Below are positions 47,641 through 59,400 of a DNA stretch of 64,000 nucleotides, piece by piece. The number at the start of each line of letters is the position of its first letter. Positions within the stretch are counted from its first letter, which is position 1. The translations under genes and the position numbers were made by a program. The notes below the pieces were generated by a model. That model worked only from the letters and a program-made list of their open reading frames with translations. It ran no database searches and was not told where the DNA came from. The DNA is from Longimicrobiales bacterium (GTDB taxonomy: Bacteria > Gemmatimonadota > Gemmatimonadetes > Longimicrobiales > Gaopeijiaceae): positions 704,001 through 768,000 of the forward strand of contig OZ252251.1 of NCBI GenBank assembly GCA_965249725.1. Direction: 5' to 3'.

Positions 47641-48656
47641 CCCTCAAGCGTTTCTGCGTGGCGGCCCTCGTGGCTGGTGTGTCCGTCCCCGGCACCCTAT
47701 CGACGCCGAGCCTTGCTGCGGCGCAGGAGACGCACGTCCTCGTGATCGGCGGGCTCGGCGGTGACGACGCGTATCGAGAGCGCTTCCTCGAGTGGGGTGG
47801 CTCGTTCGTCGACGCCGCCACGGAACGCCTCGGCGTACCCCGTGATCACATCGTATATCTGGGCGAGAAGCCCGAGGCGGATCCTCGGATCACCGACCGC
47901 TCGAGCCGCGACAACGTTGAGCGGGTCTTTGCGGAGATCGCGTCCAAGGCCGCTCCGGGCGATCACGTGTTCATCATGCTGATCGGACACGGCAGCTACA
48001 CCTCGGGCGAATCGCGATTCAACCTGCCCGGACCCGACCTGACCGCAGAGGACTTCGCGCTCATGCTCGACCAGCTGGTCGAGCAGAGGGTCTCCTTCGC
48101 CAATGTGACGAGTGCCAGCGGCGGTTTCGTCACCGCCCTCTCCGGCCCGGGCCGGGCCATCGTAACGGCCACGAAGACCGGCATGGAGCGCAACGAGTCC
48201 GTGTTCGCGGGCTATTTCATCAGCGCGTTCACGGGAGACGGGGCGGACCTCGACAAGAACGGTCGCGTCTCGCTGTCCGAGGCATTCGAGTTCGCACGCA
48301 CGGAGGTCGCTCGAGAGTACGAGAGTGACGGACGGATCATGACCGAGCACGCGCTCCTCGACGACAATGGTGACGGCGAGGGGAGTGAGAGCCTGGAGGA
48401 GGGGCTGGACGGAGTGTTGGCCGGGAAGCTGTTCCTGGGGGTGAGCCCCACGGCGGTGGCGGCCATGTCCACCGATGATCCCGCGCTGAGGGCGCTCTAC
48501 GAGGAAAAGGCCGTCTTGGAGCAACGCATCGAGGAGCTCCGGGCCATCAAGGACCAAATGGACGAGGAGCGCTACGAAACGACGTTCGAAGACCTACTCG
48601 TCGAGCTGGCACTCAAGAATCGTGCGATCCAGGCACGAGAGGGTGCCGGTTCGTGA
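47637..48656 (+). CDS. Secreted caspase/C13-fold-like protein
   Basis: LIGHGS; TSASGGF at the expected Cys position; DLDKNGRVS EF-hand-like loop. Confidence 0.55.
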   Translation: MTLKRFCVAALVAGVSVPGTLSTPSLAAAQETHVLVIGGLGGDDAYRERFLEWGGSFVDAATERLGVPRDHIVYLGEKPEADPRITDRSSRDNVERVFAEIASKAAPGDHVFIMLIGHGSYTSGESRFNLPGPDLTAEDFALMLDQLVEQRVSFANVTSASGGFVTALSGPGRAIVTATKTGMERNESVFAGYFISAFTGDGADLDKNGRVSLSEAFEFARTEVAREYESDGRIMTEHALLDDNGDGEGSESLEEGLDGVLAGKLFLGVSPTAVAAMSTDDPALRALYEEKAVLEQRIEELRAIKDQMDEERYETTFEDLLVELALKNRAIQAREGAGS

Positions 48657-51328
48657 AGCGTTTGATCACCGTCCTGCTGCTCGCGGTTTCGGCCCAACTC
48701 GGCTCATGGACCCCTGCGGGGGCCCAGACGACGCTCGAGCAGGCCCGGCGCCAGGCACGCTCTGGAGAGTACGACGCGGCCATCTCGGCACTCCGTGCAC
48801 TGGCGGCCCCCGGCGAGAACGCTCCGTCCAGTATCACGACCGACGTCCGGCTGGGCGCGTACATCGCGTATTTGAACGCCCTCGCTGAGGTGGGTCGCTA
48901 CGACGAGGCTCTCGACGCGGGAGCGCAGGCTCCCGAGGCCCTGTCCGCGGAGTTGGCAAACTCCGTGGGTGAGGTACTCTACCAGGTCGGTCGCCTCGAC
49001 GAGGCGCGAGAACAGTTCGATCGGTCCTGGAATGCGGGCGCGCGAGACCGGCACACCGCACGGCTGAACCGGGCGATTCTCGAATGGCGCTACGGCGATC
49101 GTGACACGGCCATTAGCGAGTTCGACTCGTTCATCGATCTCTACAACGACGCCCCTACGCTCTCTTCGAGCGAGCTCACGTCGATCGCAACCGCGGTCCG
49201 CTACCTGGGCACCGCAGAGCACGAGCTCTTCCAGGATGCCCTCAAGGCCTACGACGAGGCGATCGTAGCGGATCCGGGCTCCTTGGAGGCCCGCGTGCTC
49301 CTGAGCGAACTGTTCCTGGAGAAGTACAACGGCACGGAGGCAGACGCGTCCCTGAATGCCGTCCTCTCCCAGAACCCCCGTCACCCACGGGCGCTTCTGG
49401 GCCTGGCTAGGGCCATGGAGTTCAATGGCACGATCGGCGTCATGGATCAGGTGGAGGCGGCGTTGGAGAGCAATCCCAATCTCGTCGCCGGCAGAGTCTT
49501 CAAGGCCTGGCTCCACCTCGGGGTGGAGAGGCACGACGAGGCCCGTGCCGAGATCGAGGCCGCTCTGGAGGTAAACCCGGTCTCGCTCGAGGCCCTGAGC
49601 GCGCTGGCTGCCAGCCACTATCTCCGCGGAGAGGTCGACGACTACGAGAGATTGCGAAACCGGGTTGGCGAGCTGAGCCCAGACTACGGCGAGATCTACA
49701 ACGATATAGCCGAGCTGAGCGTGAAGAGCCGCAAGTACCACGATGCCGCCCGCCTCGCCTCCCAGGCCATCGCCCTCGATCCTAAGTCCTGGAGAGGCTA
49801 TGGCCTCCTGGGGGTGAACCAGCTCCGGCTCGGCCAGATAGAGGAGGGTCGAGCGAACCTGGAGACCGCGTTCGAAGGTGACCCGTACAACGTCTGGTTC
49901 TTCAACACGCTGAGCCTTCTCGACACCTTCGAGCACTACGAGGTGCTGGAGGAGGACTCACGCTTCGAGTACGTGCTCCACGAGCGCGAGGCCGAGGTCC
50001 TGGCTCCGTATATCGAACAGATCGCGGAGGAATCCCTTGAGGCTCTCGTGGACCGATACGGCGGGTACACACCGCCCCTGCCGGTCCGCATCGAGGTCTT
50101 CCCGAGCCATATGGACTTCTCGGTGCGCACAGTGGGCTTGGGAGGCCTCGGTGCCCTGGGCGTGACCTTCGGAAGCGTCGTCGCGATGGACTCGCCCTCG
50201 GCCAGGGCCCAGGGGGACTTCAACTGGGCGTCCGTCCTCTGGCACGAGATGGCTCACGTTTTTCACCTCGGCCTCAGCGAGCACGAGGTGCCCCGATGGT
50301 TCTCGGAGGGGTTGGCGGTGCACGAGCAGCGCCGAGCAAGGCCGGGCTGGGGCCACCAGCCGTCACCGGGCTTCCTGAGCAGATACCAGGAAGGGCTCAT
50401 GCTTCCGGTGAGCCAGATGAACGCCGGGTTCGTCCAACCGTCCTATCCCCAGCAGGTCGTGGACTCGTACCTGCAGGCATCGCTGGTCTTCGACTTCATC
50501 GAAGGCCGCTGGGGATTCGAGCCGATCCTGCAGATGCTGCACGGCTATCGTGACGGAGAGACGACCCCCGCGTTGGTGGAGCGCCTGCTGGACATCGAGA
50601 TGGAGGATCTGGACCGGGACTTCGACGAGTATTTCCGGGGCCGGTACGAAAGCTCTCTCAACGCCCTGGCCGCGCCGGCTGGAAGCGCCGGGATGTCGAC
50701 ACAGCCCACCTCGGTTGAAGACATCGCCCGGCTGGCTCGTGAGAACCCGGACAACTTCCGCGCGCGGCTCACGGCTGGCGTGGCCCTCTTCCAGCGGGAC
50801 CGCCCGGACGAAGCCGAAGGTCACCTGCGCGCCGCGCTGCGTCTCTTCCCGGAGTATGGAGGCATCGACAGCCCCTACTGGTTCCTGGCTCAAATCCACG
50901 CGCAGCGGGGGGAGACCGAGTTGGCCGCGGCGGCCCTCGCCCGTCAAACCGCCCTGAACGAAAGCCACTACGAGGCCTTCCTCCAGCACGGCGAGCTGCT
51001 GAACGAACTGGGGGACGTCGAAGGGGCGGCGGCAGCCTTGGACGCCGCCGTGTTGATCTACCCTTATGAGATCGAGCTCCACGATCGACTGGCCACCGTC
51101 CACACCGAGCGGGGCGACCTCACGGGCGCCGTTAGAGAGCGCCGCGCAGTGGTGGCGCTCGAGCCTACCGACAGGGCCGGAGCATACTACCAGCTGGCGC
51201 GCGCCTATTGGGCGGACGGCCAGATACGAGAGGCACGCAGGGCCGTCCTGAAAGCCCTCGAGAACGCCCCCAACTACCAAGAGGCATTGGATCTCCTGTT
51301 GGAGATTCGAGCGGGAGGTACGCAATGA
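48653..51328 (+). CDS. TPR protein with peptidase MA-like (gluzincin) domain
   Basis: WHEMAHVF...PRWFSEGLA flanked by TPR arrays; signal peptide. Confidence 0.85.
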   Translation: MKRLITVLLLAVSAQLGSWTPAGAQTTLEQARRQARSGEYDAAISALRALAAPGENAPSSITTDVRLGAYIAYLNALAEVGRYDEALDAGAQAPEALSAELANSVGEVLYQVGRLDEAREQFDRSWNAGARDRHTARLNRAILEWRYGDRDTAISEFDSFIDLYNDAPTLSSSELTSIATAVRYLGTAEHELFQDALKAYDEAIVADPGSLEARVLLSELFLEKYNGTEADASLNAVLSQNPRHPRALLGLARAMEFNGTIGVMDQVEAALESNPNLVAGRVFKAWLHLGVERHDEARAEIEAALEVNPVSLEALSALAASHYLRGEVDDYERLRNRVGELSPDYGEIYNDIAELSVKSRKYHDAARLASQAIALDPKSWRGYGLLGVNQLRLGQIEEGRANLETAFEGDPYNVWFFNTLSLLDTFEHYEVLEEDSRFEYVLHEREAEVLAPYIEQIAEESLEALVDRYGGYTPPLPVRIEVFPSHMDFSVRTVGLGGLGALGVTFGSVVAMDSPSARAQGDFNWASVLWHEMAHVFHLGLSEHEVPRWFSEGLAVHEQRRARPGWGHQPSPGFLSRYQEGLMLPVSQMNAGFVQPSYPQQVVDSYLQASLVFDFIEGRWGFEPILQMLHGYRDGETTPALVERLLDIEMEDLDRDFDEYFRGRYESSLNALAAPAGSAGMSTQPTSVEDIARLARENPDNFRARLTAGVALFQRDRPDEAEGHLRAALRLFPEYGGIDSPYWFLAQIHAQRGETELAAAALARQTALNESHYEAFLQHGELLNELGDVEGAAAALDAAVLIYPYEIELHDRLATVHTERGDLTGAVRERRAVVALEPTDRAGAYYQLARAYWADGQIREARRAVLKALENAPNYQEALDLLLEIRAGGTQ

Positions 51329-52167
51329 AGCGCGCCTCGACGCTTGCGATCGTCGGTTTGGGTGTCGCGACCTACCTGGCGGGTTCGGTGGCATTCCGTA
51401 TCGGTTCGGCAGGCACGTCGGCGGGCACGTCGGCGGGCACGTCGGCGGGCATTTCGGCAGGCGACGCCGGCATCGCGACCCAAACGGGCAACACTCCCTA
51501 CGACGGGCGATTCACCTTCGCTCGCATACGCTTCGGAGGCGGTCTGTCGAGTGGCAGCTTCCGAGGGGGCCGGCGCGGACGGGGCGGCCAGCCGCCCTGG
51601 GCCCACGACTTTCCGCGGGCCGAACGCAACTTCATGAACATCATTTCAGAGACGACGCTCATCCGACCGTATATGGATGGCGGAAACGTGTTCGACACCG
51701 ACGATCCGGAGTTCACTCGCTTCCCGTTGTCCTACATCTCCGAACCGGGTTTCTGGTATCCCTCGGACGAAGAGATCCTGGGTCTACGGAACTACCTCAT
51801 GAAGGGTGGCTTCATGATTGCAGACGACTTCCAGGGAAGCGACTGGTACAACTTCGACGCACAGATGAAGAAGGTGATTCCCGGCGCTCAGTTCGTGCAG
51901 CTCGACGAGAGCCACCCGATTTTCGATTCCTTTTTCCGTATCGAGTCGCTGGAGACCCTCTCCCCCCCTTATTCTCGGAATCCGGCCGTGTACCTCGGAC
52001 TACACGAAGACAACGATCCGGAGAAGCGTTTGGTCGTGATTGCGAACTACAACAACGACATCGGCGAGTATTGGGAGTTTTCCGACGTCGGGTGGTACCC
52101 TATCGACCTCTCGAACGAAGCCTACAAGCTGGGTGTGAACTATTTGATCTATGCGATGACGCATTGA
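51325..52167 (+). CDS. DUF4159 domain protein (paralog)
   Basis: WAHDFP, KGGFMIADDF, NNDIGEYWE, LGVN..YAMTH. Confidence 0.85.
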   Translation: MKRASTLAIVGLGVATYLAGSVAFRIGSAGTSAGTSAGTSAGISAGDAGIATQTGNTPYDGRFTFARIRFGGGLSSGSFRGGRRGRGGQPPWAHDFPRAERNFMNIISETTLIRPYMDGGNVFDTDDPEFTRFPLSYISEPGFWYPSDEEILGLRNYLMKGGFMIADDFQGSDWYNFDAQMKKVIPGAQFVQLDESHPIFDSFFRIESLETLSPPYSRNPAVYLGLHEDNDPEKRLVVIANYNNDIGEYWEFSDVGWYPIDLSNEAYKLGVNYLIYAMTH

Positions 52168-52273
52168 TGACTTCTTTTCGAACCGGCCGACCCCGGCGTT
52201 GAGGCGGGCTATCTAACCCACAGCAGTGACGACACGTCACCAGGCGGCTTTCGCCGCCTGAACGGAGCAACAC

Positions 52274-53344
52274 ATGGCATTCATGGACGACAACGAAGCA
52301 GTCGGCGCGGCCACCGGGACGGATGAGCTTCAGCTCGACAGCCCAGATGACATCGACCTCGCCGACCGGATGAAGGCCGGGCGAGAGAGGATCCTGTCCG
52401 AGATTCGCAAGCTCATCATCGGCCAGGAAGAGGTCATCGAGCAGGTGCTCCTCTCCCTGTTCGTGGGTGGAAACAGCCTTCTGCTGGGAGTGCCGGGTCT
52501 CGCCAAGACGCTGCTCATCCACACGGTCGCGGAGGTGCTGGACCTGAAGTTCTCCAGAATCCAGTTCACACCCGACTTGATGCCGTCCGACATCACCGGC
52601 ACGGACATCATCCAGGAGGATTCTGAGACGGGGCGGCGCAGCATGGTCTTCGCGCCGGGTCCGATTTTCGCGAATATCGTCCTGGCCGACGAGATCAACC
52701 GCACGCCACCCAAGACCCAGTCGGCGCTTCTGGAGGCCATGCAGGAGCACCGGGTGACGGTGCAGGGCGAAACGTACACACTGGAAGAGCCCTTCTACGT
52801 CTTCGCGACTCAGAATCCCATCGAGCTTGAGGGGACCTATCCCCTTCCCGAGGCGCAGTTGGACCGCTTCATGTTCGAGATCGTCATCGAGCACCTCTCC
52901 GAGGACGAGGAGCTCGACGTGGTACGCACCACCACCGGGATCCAGGACCCGCAGTTCAGCCACACGGTCACGGGTCCCGACCTGGTGTCCTTCCAGCGCT
53001 TGGTGCGGAAGGTCCCGGTGCCTGATGCGGCGCTGCGCTACGCCGTGAGCTTGGTGCGAGCCAGCCGGCCGAGCCCCAACGGTGAGTCCCCAGACTTCGT
53101 CAACAACTGGATCGCCTTCGGCGCGAGCGTACGCGCGGCTCAGTACCTGACTCTGGGCGCGAAGGCTCGCGCCCTCACTCAGGGGCGGTACAACGTGAGC
53201 TTCGAGGACATTCGGGCGCTGGCACATCCCGTGATGCGCCACCGCATCCTCACGAACTTCCACGCGGAGTCTGAGGGCGTCACGTCAGGCGAGTTGGTGG
53301 ACAAGCTGCTTGAAGCCGTCCCCGCGCCCACTTCGGGTCTCTAG
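52274..53344 (+). CDS. moxR: MoxR-family AAA+ ATPase
   Basis: GVPGLAKT, RIQFTPDLMPSD, DEINR, ATQNPIE, LPEAQLDRF. Confidence 0.95.
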   Translation: MAFMDDNEAVGAATGTDELQLDSPDDIDLADRMKAGRERILSEIRKLIIGQEEVIEQVLLSLFVGGNSLLLGVPGLAKTLLIHTVAEVLDLKFSRIQFTPDLMPSDITGTDIIQEDSETGRRSMVFAPGPIFANIVLADEINRTPPKTQSALLEAMQEHRVTVQGETYTLEEPFYVFATQNPIELEGTYPLPEAQLDRFMFEIVIEHLSEDEELDVVRTTTGIQDPQFSHTVTGPDLVSFQRLVRKVPVPDAALRYAVSLVRASRPSPNGESPDFVNNWIAFGASVRAAQYLTLGAKARALTQGRYNVSFEDIRALAHPVMRHRILTNFHAESEGVTSGELVDKLLEAVPAPTSGL

Positions 53345-53356
53345 GAGCCCGGGTCC

Positions 53357-54280
53357 GTGGCAGTCCGAGCTCGTTCGGGATTCCAGGCTAGCGGGGCACA
53401 GTTCCTGGATCCGGCCGTTTTGGGCCGGATCGACAACCTGGAACTGTTGGCGCGTACCGTGGTGGACGGCTTCCTTCACGGACTGCACCGCTCCCCGCAC
53501 CTAGGGCTGTCCCTGGACTTCGCGGAGCACCGGGCGTACATGCCGGGCGACGACATCCGGCGTATCGACTGGCGTCTTTTCGCGCGCACCGATCGCTTCT
53601 ACGTGAAGCAGTTCGACGCCGAGACGAGCGCCAACTTCGTCGTGGTTCTCGACGTTTCCAAGTCCATGAGCTTCGGCACTCACTCAGCCACGAAGCTCGA
53701 CTACGCACGCTATTTGGCCGCCGCCCTGGCCTATTTCTCTCAGAAGCAGCGGGACCGCGTGGGGCTCGTCACGTTCGACCACGACATCGTGGACTGGGTG
53801 CCGCCGTCCACTCGACACCTCGAGTTGATTCTCCACAGCCTGGCCCGCGCCGAGCCTGGAAAGCCCGGTACTCTTCGTGATCCTCTGATGCAGGTCGGAG
53901 AGAACCTGACGAGCCGCGGCGTCATCCTGCTGCTTTCAGACTTCTACGAAGAGCCGCAGCAGGTCATCGAGTCCGTTCGACACCTGCGAGCACGAGGCCA
54001 CGACGTCATCGTCTTCCACGTCCTGGACCCCGCCGAGCTCGATTTTCCGTACGAGAGCCCGGCCAGCTTCCAGGACCTCGAGAGTGAGACGATGATCCCG
54101 ATCGTTCCCGACGAACTCGCGGGGGAGTACCGCCAACTGGTCGGTGAACACACGGCGGAGCTGGAGCGCCTCTTCACCGGAAGTCGCATCGACTACACGG
54201 TCGTCGACACCTCAAGGCCACTCGACTTCGCGCTCTTCCGCTATCTGTCGAGCCGCGAGAAGATGAGCAGGGTGCGCTGA
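53357..54280 (+). CDS. DUF58 (vWA-like) protein
   Basis: FAEHRAYMPGDDIRRIDW, DVSKSM, LSDF. Confidence 0.9.
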   Translation: MAVRARSGFQASGAQFLDPAVLGRIDNLELLARTVVDGFLHGLHRSPHLGLSLDFAEHRAYMPGDDIRRIDWRLFARTDRFYVKQFDAETSANFVVVLDVSKSMSFGTHSATKLDYARYLAAALAYFSQKQRDRVGLVTFDHDIVDWVPPSTRHLELILHSLARAEPGKPGTLRDPLMQVGENLTSRGVILLLSDFYEEPQQVIESVRHLRARGHDVIVFHVLDPAELDFPYESPASFQDLESETMIPIVPDELAGEYRQLVGEHTAELERLFTGSRIDYTVVDTSRPLDFALFRYLSSREKMSRVR

Positions 54281-56400
54281 TGGGTTGGCTCGCCCCGCTG
54301 TTCTTTCTCGGCCTCGCGGGGCTGGCAGTGCCCGTGTTGGTGCATCTCACGGAGCGGCAGCGCCGCAACGTGGTGGAGTTCCCGTCGCTCATGTTCCTCC
54401 GGAAGATTCCCTACCGCTCGGTGCAACGACGGAAGATCCACCACTGGGTGCTGCTCCTCATCCGGGCCGCGGCCCTGGCCCTGCTGGTGGCGGCCTTTGC
54501 TCGCCCGTTCTTCCAGAACGCCGAGATTGCCGTCGGATCGACGCTCGGTCCCCGTGAGATGGTGATCGTACTCGATCACTCCTACTCGATGGGCTTCGGC
54601 GATCGTTGGGAGAGAGCCACAGCGGAGGCACGTGGGCTCGTGTCGAGCCTCGGCGCCTCGGATCGGGCCAGCCTGGTGCTGCTCGGGCAGGGGGCGGCGG
54701 CCGTCGTCCGGTCCAGTGCGGATCACCAGCGGCTGCTCGCGGCCTTGGACACTGCGGTTGTGAGTCCCTACGGCACTCGGTTCGGGCCGGGGCTGAAGCT
54801 CGCCCAGACCATCTTGGATGAATCCGAATTGGGGAACCTCGAGGTCGCCATCATCAGCGACTTCCAACGCTCGGGTTGGTCGGGCGACGAAGGCGTGACG
54901 CTGCCACGGGGGACTGTGGTGAACACGCACGAGATTTCCGACGAGGAGACTCCGAACGCGACGGTAGCGTCGGTCACGCTGCGCCGCGACTTCTTCTCGG
55001 GCCGTGAGCGCATGACCGCAATCGCCCGCATCACTCGACGCCAAGGCGGCGACGCCGTGGACGTGCCCGTGGTGCTCGAAGTCGATGGCCAGGAGGTGCA
55101 GAGCCGGGACGTCCGCCTGGATCCGACGGGGTCCGCGACCGTCACGTTCGATCCGTTCACGCTCTCGGAGTCCTATACGCGTGGTACCGTCCGCCTGGGC
55201 CCCGACCAACTGCCGCAGGACAACGAGCTGCATTTCGTGCTGTCGCCCGGACGAGCGCTGCGCACCCTGATCCTCGAAGGCACGGGCGCCCGCTCCGAGG
55301 CGAGCCTTTACATGCGGCGGGCCTTGGAGATCAGCGAAGAAGCGGCGTTTCAGGTCGACGTACGTCGCTCCACGAACGTCGGCACGGCCGATCTGGACGC
55401 GACCGCCGTCGTCGTGCTGAACGACGTCCGCTCTCCGCAGGGGGCGGTCTCGGATCGCTTGCGGACCTTCGTCGAGAACGGTGGGGGCCTGCTCGTCGTG
55501 CTCGGGGAGCGGACCACGTGGCAGGCGAGTATGGAAGACCTGATGGCGGGTCAGTTCGGCGCCGCCATGGACCACAGGAGCGTCGCCCGGCTCGGGTTCC
55601 TGGACTACACGCACCCAATCTTCGAGGTGTTCGGCGGTCCCCGAGGCGGAGACTTCGCCCGGGCTCGTTTCTTCCGTTCCCGCGCGATCACCGTCGGTCC
55701 GGAGGATCAGGTGCTGGCGCGCTTCGACGACGGCTCGGTCGCCCTGGTCGAGCGTCGGATAGGACAGGGACGTGTGTTGGTTTGGGCCAGCACTCTAGAT
55801 GCGTTTTGGAACGATTTGTCGGTGCAACCGGTTTTTCTGCCCTTCATGCATCAGGTCGTTCGCTACCTCGGGGGCCACCGCGAGCGCGTGCCATGGTTCG
55901 CGGCGGGTCAGGTGCTAGACCTTGCGGATCCCGAAGGATCGGCGTTCGCGACGGGGCTGGATGAGGAGTTCGCACTTGATGTGGAGCAGGTCGCACTCAC
56001 CCCGGGCGGCGGTAGTGTTTCGCTGCCCGCAGGAGCGGCGACACGATTCCTCGCCCTGAACGAGCAGGGCTTCTATCAGGTCCGCCAGCCCGGCTCGGAT
56101 CCGACCCGGCCGTTCACCGTTGCGGTGAACGTGGACGTGGCCGAGTCCGAACTCGAGGCGATGGATCCGAGTGAGTTGGCGGGGTCGATATCTCCTCGGG
56201 AGGCGGACGCCGGGGCGGCGGTTGCGGGGCTCTTGCCGGCCGAGGTCAGGGCACAGGACCAGGAACGACGGCAGTCGCTCTGGCGGCTCTTGTTGGTCGG
56301 GGCGCTAGTTCTGTTGTTGACGGAGACCGCTGTTTCGAACTGGCTTTCTCGTGGTGTGACGAAGAGATTCGAGGAGGGGAGAGAAAATGTACAAGGGTAA
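54280..56400 (+). CDS. BatA + vWA domain membrane protein
   Basis: PVLVHL...FPSLMFL...AFARP; DHSYSM; ISDFQ. Confidence 0.85.
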   Translation: MGWLAPLFFLGLAGLAVPVLVHLTERQRRNVVEFPSLMFLRKIPYRSVQRRKIHHWVLLLIRAAALALLVAAFARPFFQNAEIAVGSTLGPREMVIVLDHSYSMGFGDRWERATAEARGLVSSLGASDRASLVLLGQGAAAVVRSSADHQRLLAALDTAVVSPYGTRFGPGLKLAQTILDESELGNLEVAIISDFQRSGWSGDEGVTLPRGTVVNTHEISDEETPNATVASVTLRRDFFSGRERMTAIARITRRQGGDAVDVPVVLEVDGQEVQSRDVRLDPTGSATVTFDPFTLSESYTRGTVRLGPDQLPQDNELHFVLSPGRALRTLILEGTGARSEASLYMRRALEISEEAAFQVDVRRSTNVGTADLDATAVVVLNDVRSPQGAVSDRLRTFVENGGGLLVVLGERTTWQASMEDLMAGQFGAAMDHRSVARLGFLDYTHPIFEVFGGPRGGDFARARFFRSRAITVGPEDQVLARFDDGSVALVERRIGQGRVLVWASTLDAFWNDLSVQPVFLPFMHQVVRYLGGHRERVPWFAAGQVLDLADPEGSAFATGLDEEFALDVEQVALTPGGGSVSLPAGAATRFLALNEQGFYQVRQPGSDPTRPFTVAVNVDVAESELEAMDPSELAGSISPREADAGAAVAGLLPAEVRAQDQERRQSLWRLLLVGALVLLLTETAVSNWLSRGVTKRFEEGRENVQG

Positions 56401-59400
56401 ACACAGGGCGGCGCGACACCTAGAGATCCTCCGCGTGATCGACCGGATCCGACGTCGCTGGCGTACGCGCATCGCGATGCGAGGCATGGCCATCGCGTTG
56501 GGCGCCAGCCTGACTGCCTTTCTGATCTCGGTATACGGCCTCGAGATCTTCCGATTCAGTGCCACGGCGGTAGTGACCCTTCGCATCCTCCTCTGGCTCG
56601 CCGTGATCGGCTTCGTAACCCGATTCCTCGCCTGGCCCCTCGCGCGTCGCGTCTCCGACGAGCAGGCGGCCCTCTACCTCGAAGAGAACGAACCCTCCCT
56701 CGAGGCGGCCGTGTTGAGCGCCCTGGAGGCGGGCAACGGTGACCCGGGAACGTCCGATTCCCTCGAGCGCGGGCTGGTCGAAAACGCCCTGCATCGAGTC
56801 CGAAGGGTGGACTACGGCCGCGGGATCGAGCAAAAGGGGCTCTATCGAGCCTCGGGCGCCCTGGCCGCGGCCGCGTTGGCCACCCTGGTCCTCATGCTCT
56901 TCGGGCCGGCTCAACTCCGCCACGGAGCCTCGGCCCTGCTCTTTCCCACGCGCGATGCGGGCACTGTAAACCCGTATGCCATCAACGTGGAGCCGGGGGA
57001 CGTGACCATTGCGCGGGGGTCCGATCAACTGGTGGCCGTCCAACTCTCGGGGTTCGAGAGCGACGAGGTCCGGATTTTCTTCAAGTCCGAGTCGTCCGAC
57101 GGCTTCGACCAGCTCTCGATGCTCCCACAGGTCTTCGACGACCTCTCGATGCTCCCCGCCGATACGGAGGGCGTCGAGCTTCTCCTGCTCGGCCTCGACG
57201 AGAACACCGAGTACTTCGTGGAGTCCTCGGGCATACGTTCCGCCACCCATCGCATCGAGGTGGCCGATCTCCCTTACGTGGACCGACTCGAGTTGGAATA
57301 TCACTTCCCGTCCTACACCGGGCTCGCTGTACGAACCGTCGAGGGAGGCGGCGACATCGCGGCCCTCGAAGGGACGGAGGTGAGGGTCAAGATCTTCCCC
57401 ACCATGCTGACTCCGGGTGGGCGTCTCATCGTGAACGGCGAGGCCGCCGAGCTGACCGACGTCGGTGACGGAACCTGGTTGGGCACCCTTCAGGTGAAGC
57501 GCGAGGGCTACTACGAAATCGAGTTGGCCCGAGCCGACGGCGATCTGGTCCCCGCTTCGCCGGAGTACACCATCGACGTACTGACCGACCAGCCACCGGC
57601 GGTTTCGTTCTCCAAGCCCGGACGCGACACGAGGGCGAGTCCCATCGAGGAGTTGTTCCTCGAGGCACAGGCCGACGATGACTATGGAATCTCCAACTTG
57701 GTCCTGATCTACTCCGCCAACGGTGAGCCCGAAGACACCGTCACCCTGTACGGCAGTAGCCCCACGCCCGAGGTCACGGCGGGGCACACGCTGTACCTGG
57801 AGGAATTCGGGCTCGAGCCTGGCGATCTGGTGTCGTACTACGCCCAAGCCAAGGACAACAACCGATCAGGAGGTGTCCGCACTGTCACGAGCGACATCTA
57901 CTTCGTGCAGATCCGTCCCTTCCGCATCGATTTCCGCCAAGGTGAGCAGGCTGGTGGTGGCGGCGGTGGAGGTGGAGTTGCGATGGAAGAGGAGGGCCTT
58001 TCTGATCTCCAGCGGGAGATCGTCGCCGCGACGTTCAACCTGGTGCGCGATGAGGAGGAGCTCCCGAAGAGCGAGTTCGACGAGAACGTGGTCAGCGTGC
58101 GACTCGCCCAGGCTCGCGTTCGAGAGCAGGTGGCCGGTCTGTTGGAGCGTCTCCTAGCCAGGGGAATGGGCACGGACCCGCAGTTCCAGCGAATCGCAGA
58201 GCTCCTTCCCCAAGCCCTCGAGGAGATGGAGAACGCCGAGAGGATCCTAGGGGACGGTGAACCCAAGGAAGCCATCTCGCCCGAGCAGAAGGCCCTTCTC
58301 CACCTGCAAAAGGCAGAGGAGACGTACGAGGCGGTCGTGCAGCAGGGTGGGCAACAAGGTGGCGGGGGCGGAGGGGGCGGTGCATCAGCCGAGGACCTCG
58401 CCGACCTCTTCGAGCTCGAGCTCGACAAGCTGAAGAACCAGTACGAGACCCTCGAGCGCGGCGAGCGACAGCAGGCCACCGAGCAGGTCGACGAGACCCT
58501 CGAGAAGCTCAAGGAACTCGCGAGACGCCAGCAGCAGCAGGCGGAGCGTCAGCGCCGTGCGGCACAACAAGGTGGTGGCGGCGGAGCCGCTGCGCGGGGT
58601 CAGCGTGAGCTCGCGGACGAGACCGAGGAGGCCGCCCGCCAGTTGGAGCGGCTGGCTAGAGAGACGAACGACCAGCGCCTGATGGAGGCGTCGAGGGAGC
58701 TTCAGCAGGCGGCGGACGAAATGCGCCGCTCGGCTTCAGCGAGCGGGAACGCGGGCACGGCCGACGCCGCGTCCGCCCTCGACAGGCTCGAGGAGGCCCG
58801 CCGTCGGTTGGAGCGGGACCGCGTCGATCGACTGCGGGACGACGCCGAGGACGCTGCCCGGCGGGCAGAGGCGCTGGCAGAGGAGCAGAGGGAGATCCAG
58901 CGCCAGATGGACCGTCTCAACGATCAGGAGGGCGCGGCCCTGCAGGAATCGGCCCGGCGCCTTTTCGAGCGCAAGGAGGCCATGACCGAGGAGCTCGGTG
59001 ATCTCGAGAGCCAGATCGATCGGTTGAGTGCGGACGCGCGCGCGAGTCAGAGGGATGCCTCCGACCAACTGGGCGAGGCCGCCAACTCGATTCGTGACAA
59101 CAAGCTCAAGGAGCGGGTGCGTTATTCGCGTGGGCTCATCGGAACGGGAGACCAGGATTACACGCGCGAATTCGAATCCGAGACACAGCGTGGGCTAGAC
59201 GAGTTGGAGGAACGCCTGGAGCGTGCCGTTGGCGCAGTAGGCGAGATGGAGGAGGACGGTCGGACCGAAGCCCTGGACCGCACTCGGGATCTGGTGCGCG
59301 GCATGGAATCGATGTCGCGACGTCTCGGGGAGCGCGGAGACCAGGGGCAGCAGCAGGGCCAGCAGGGCGAGGGACAACAGGGTGAGGGCCAGGAAGGTGA

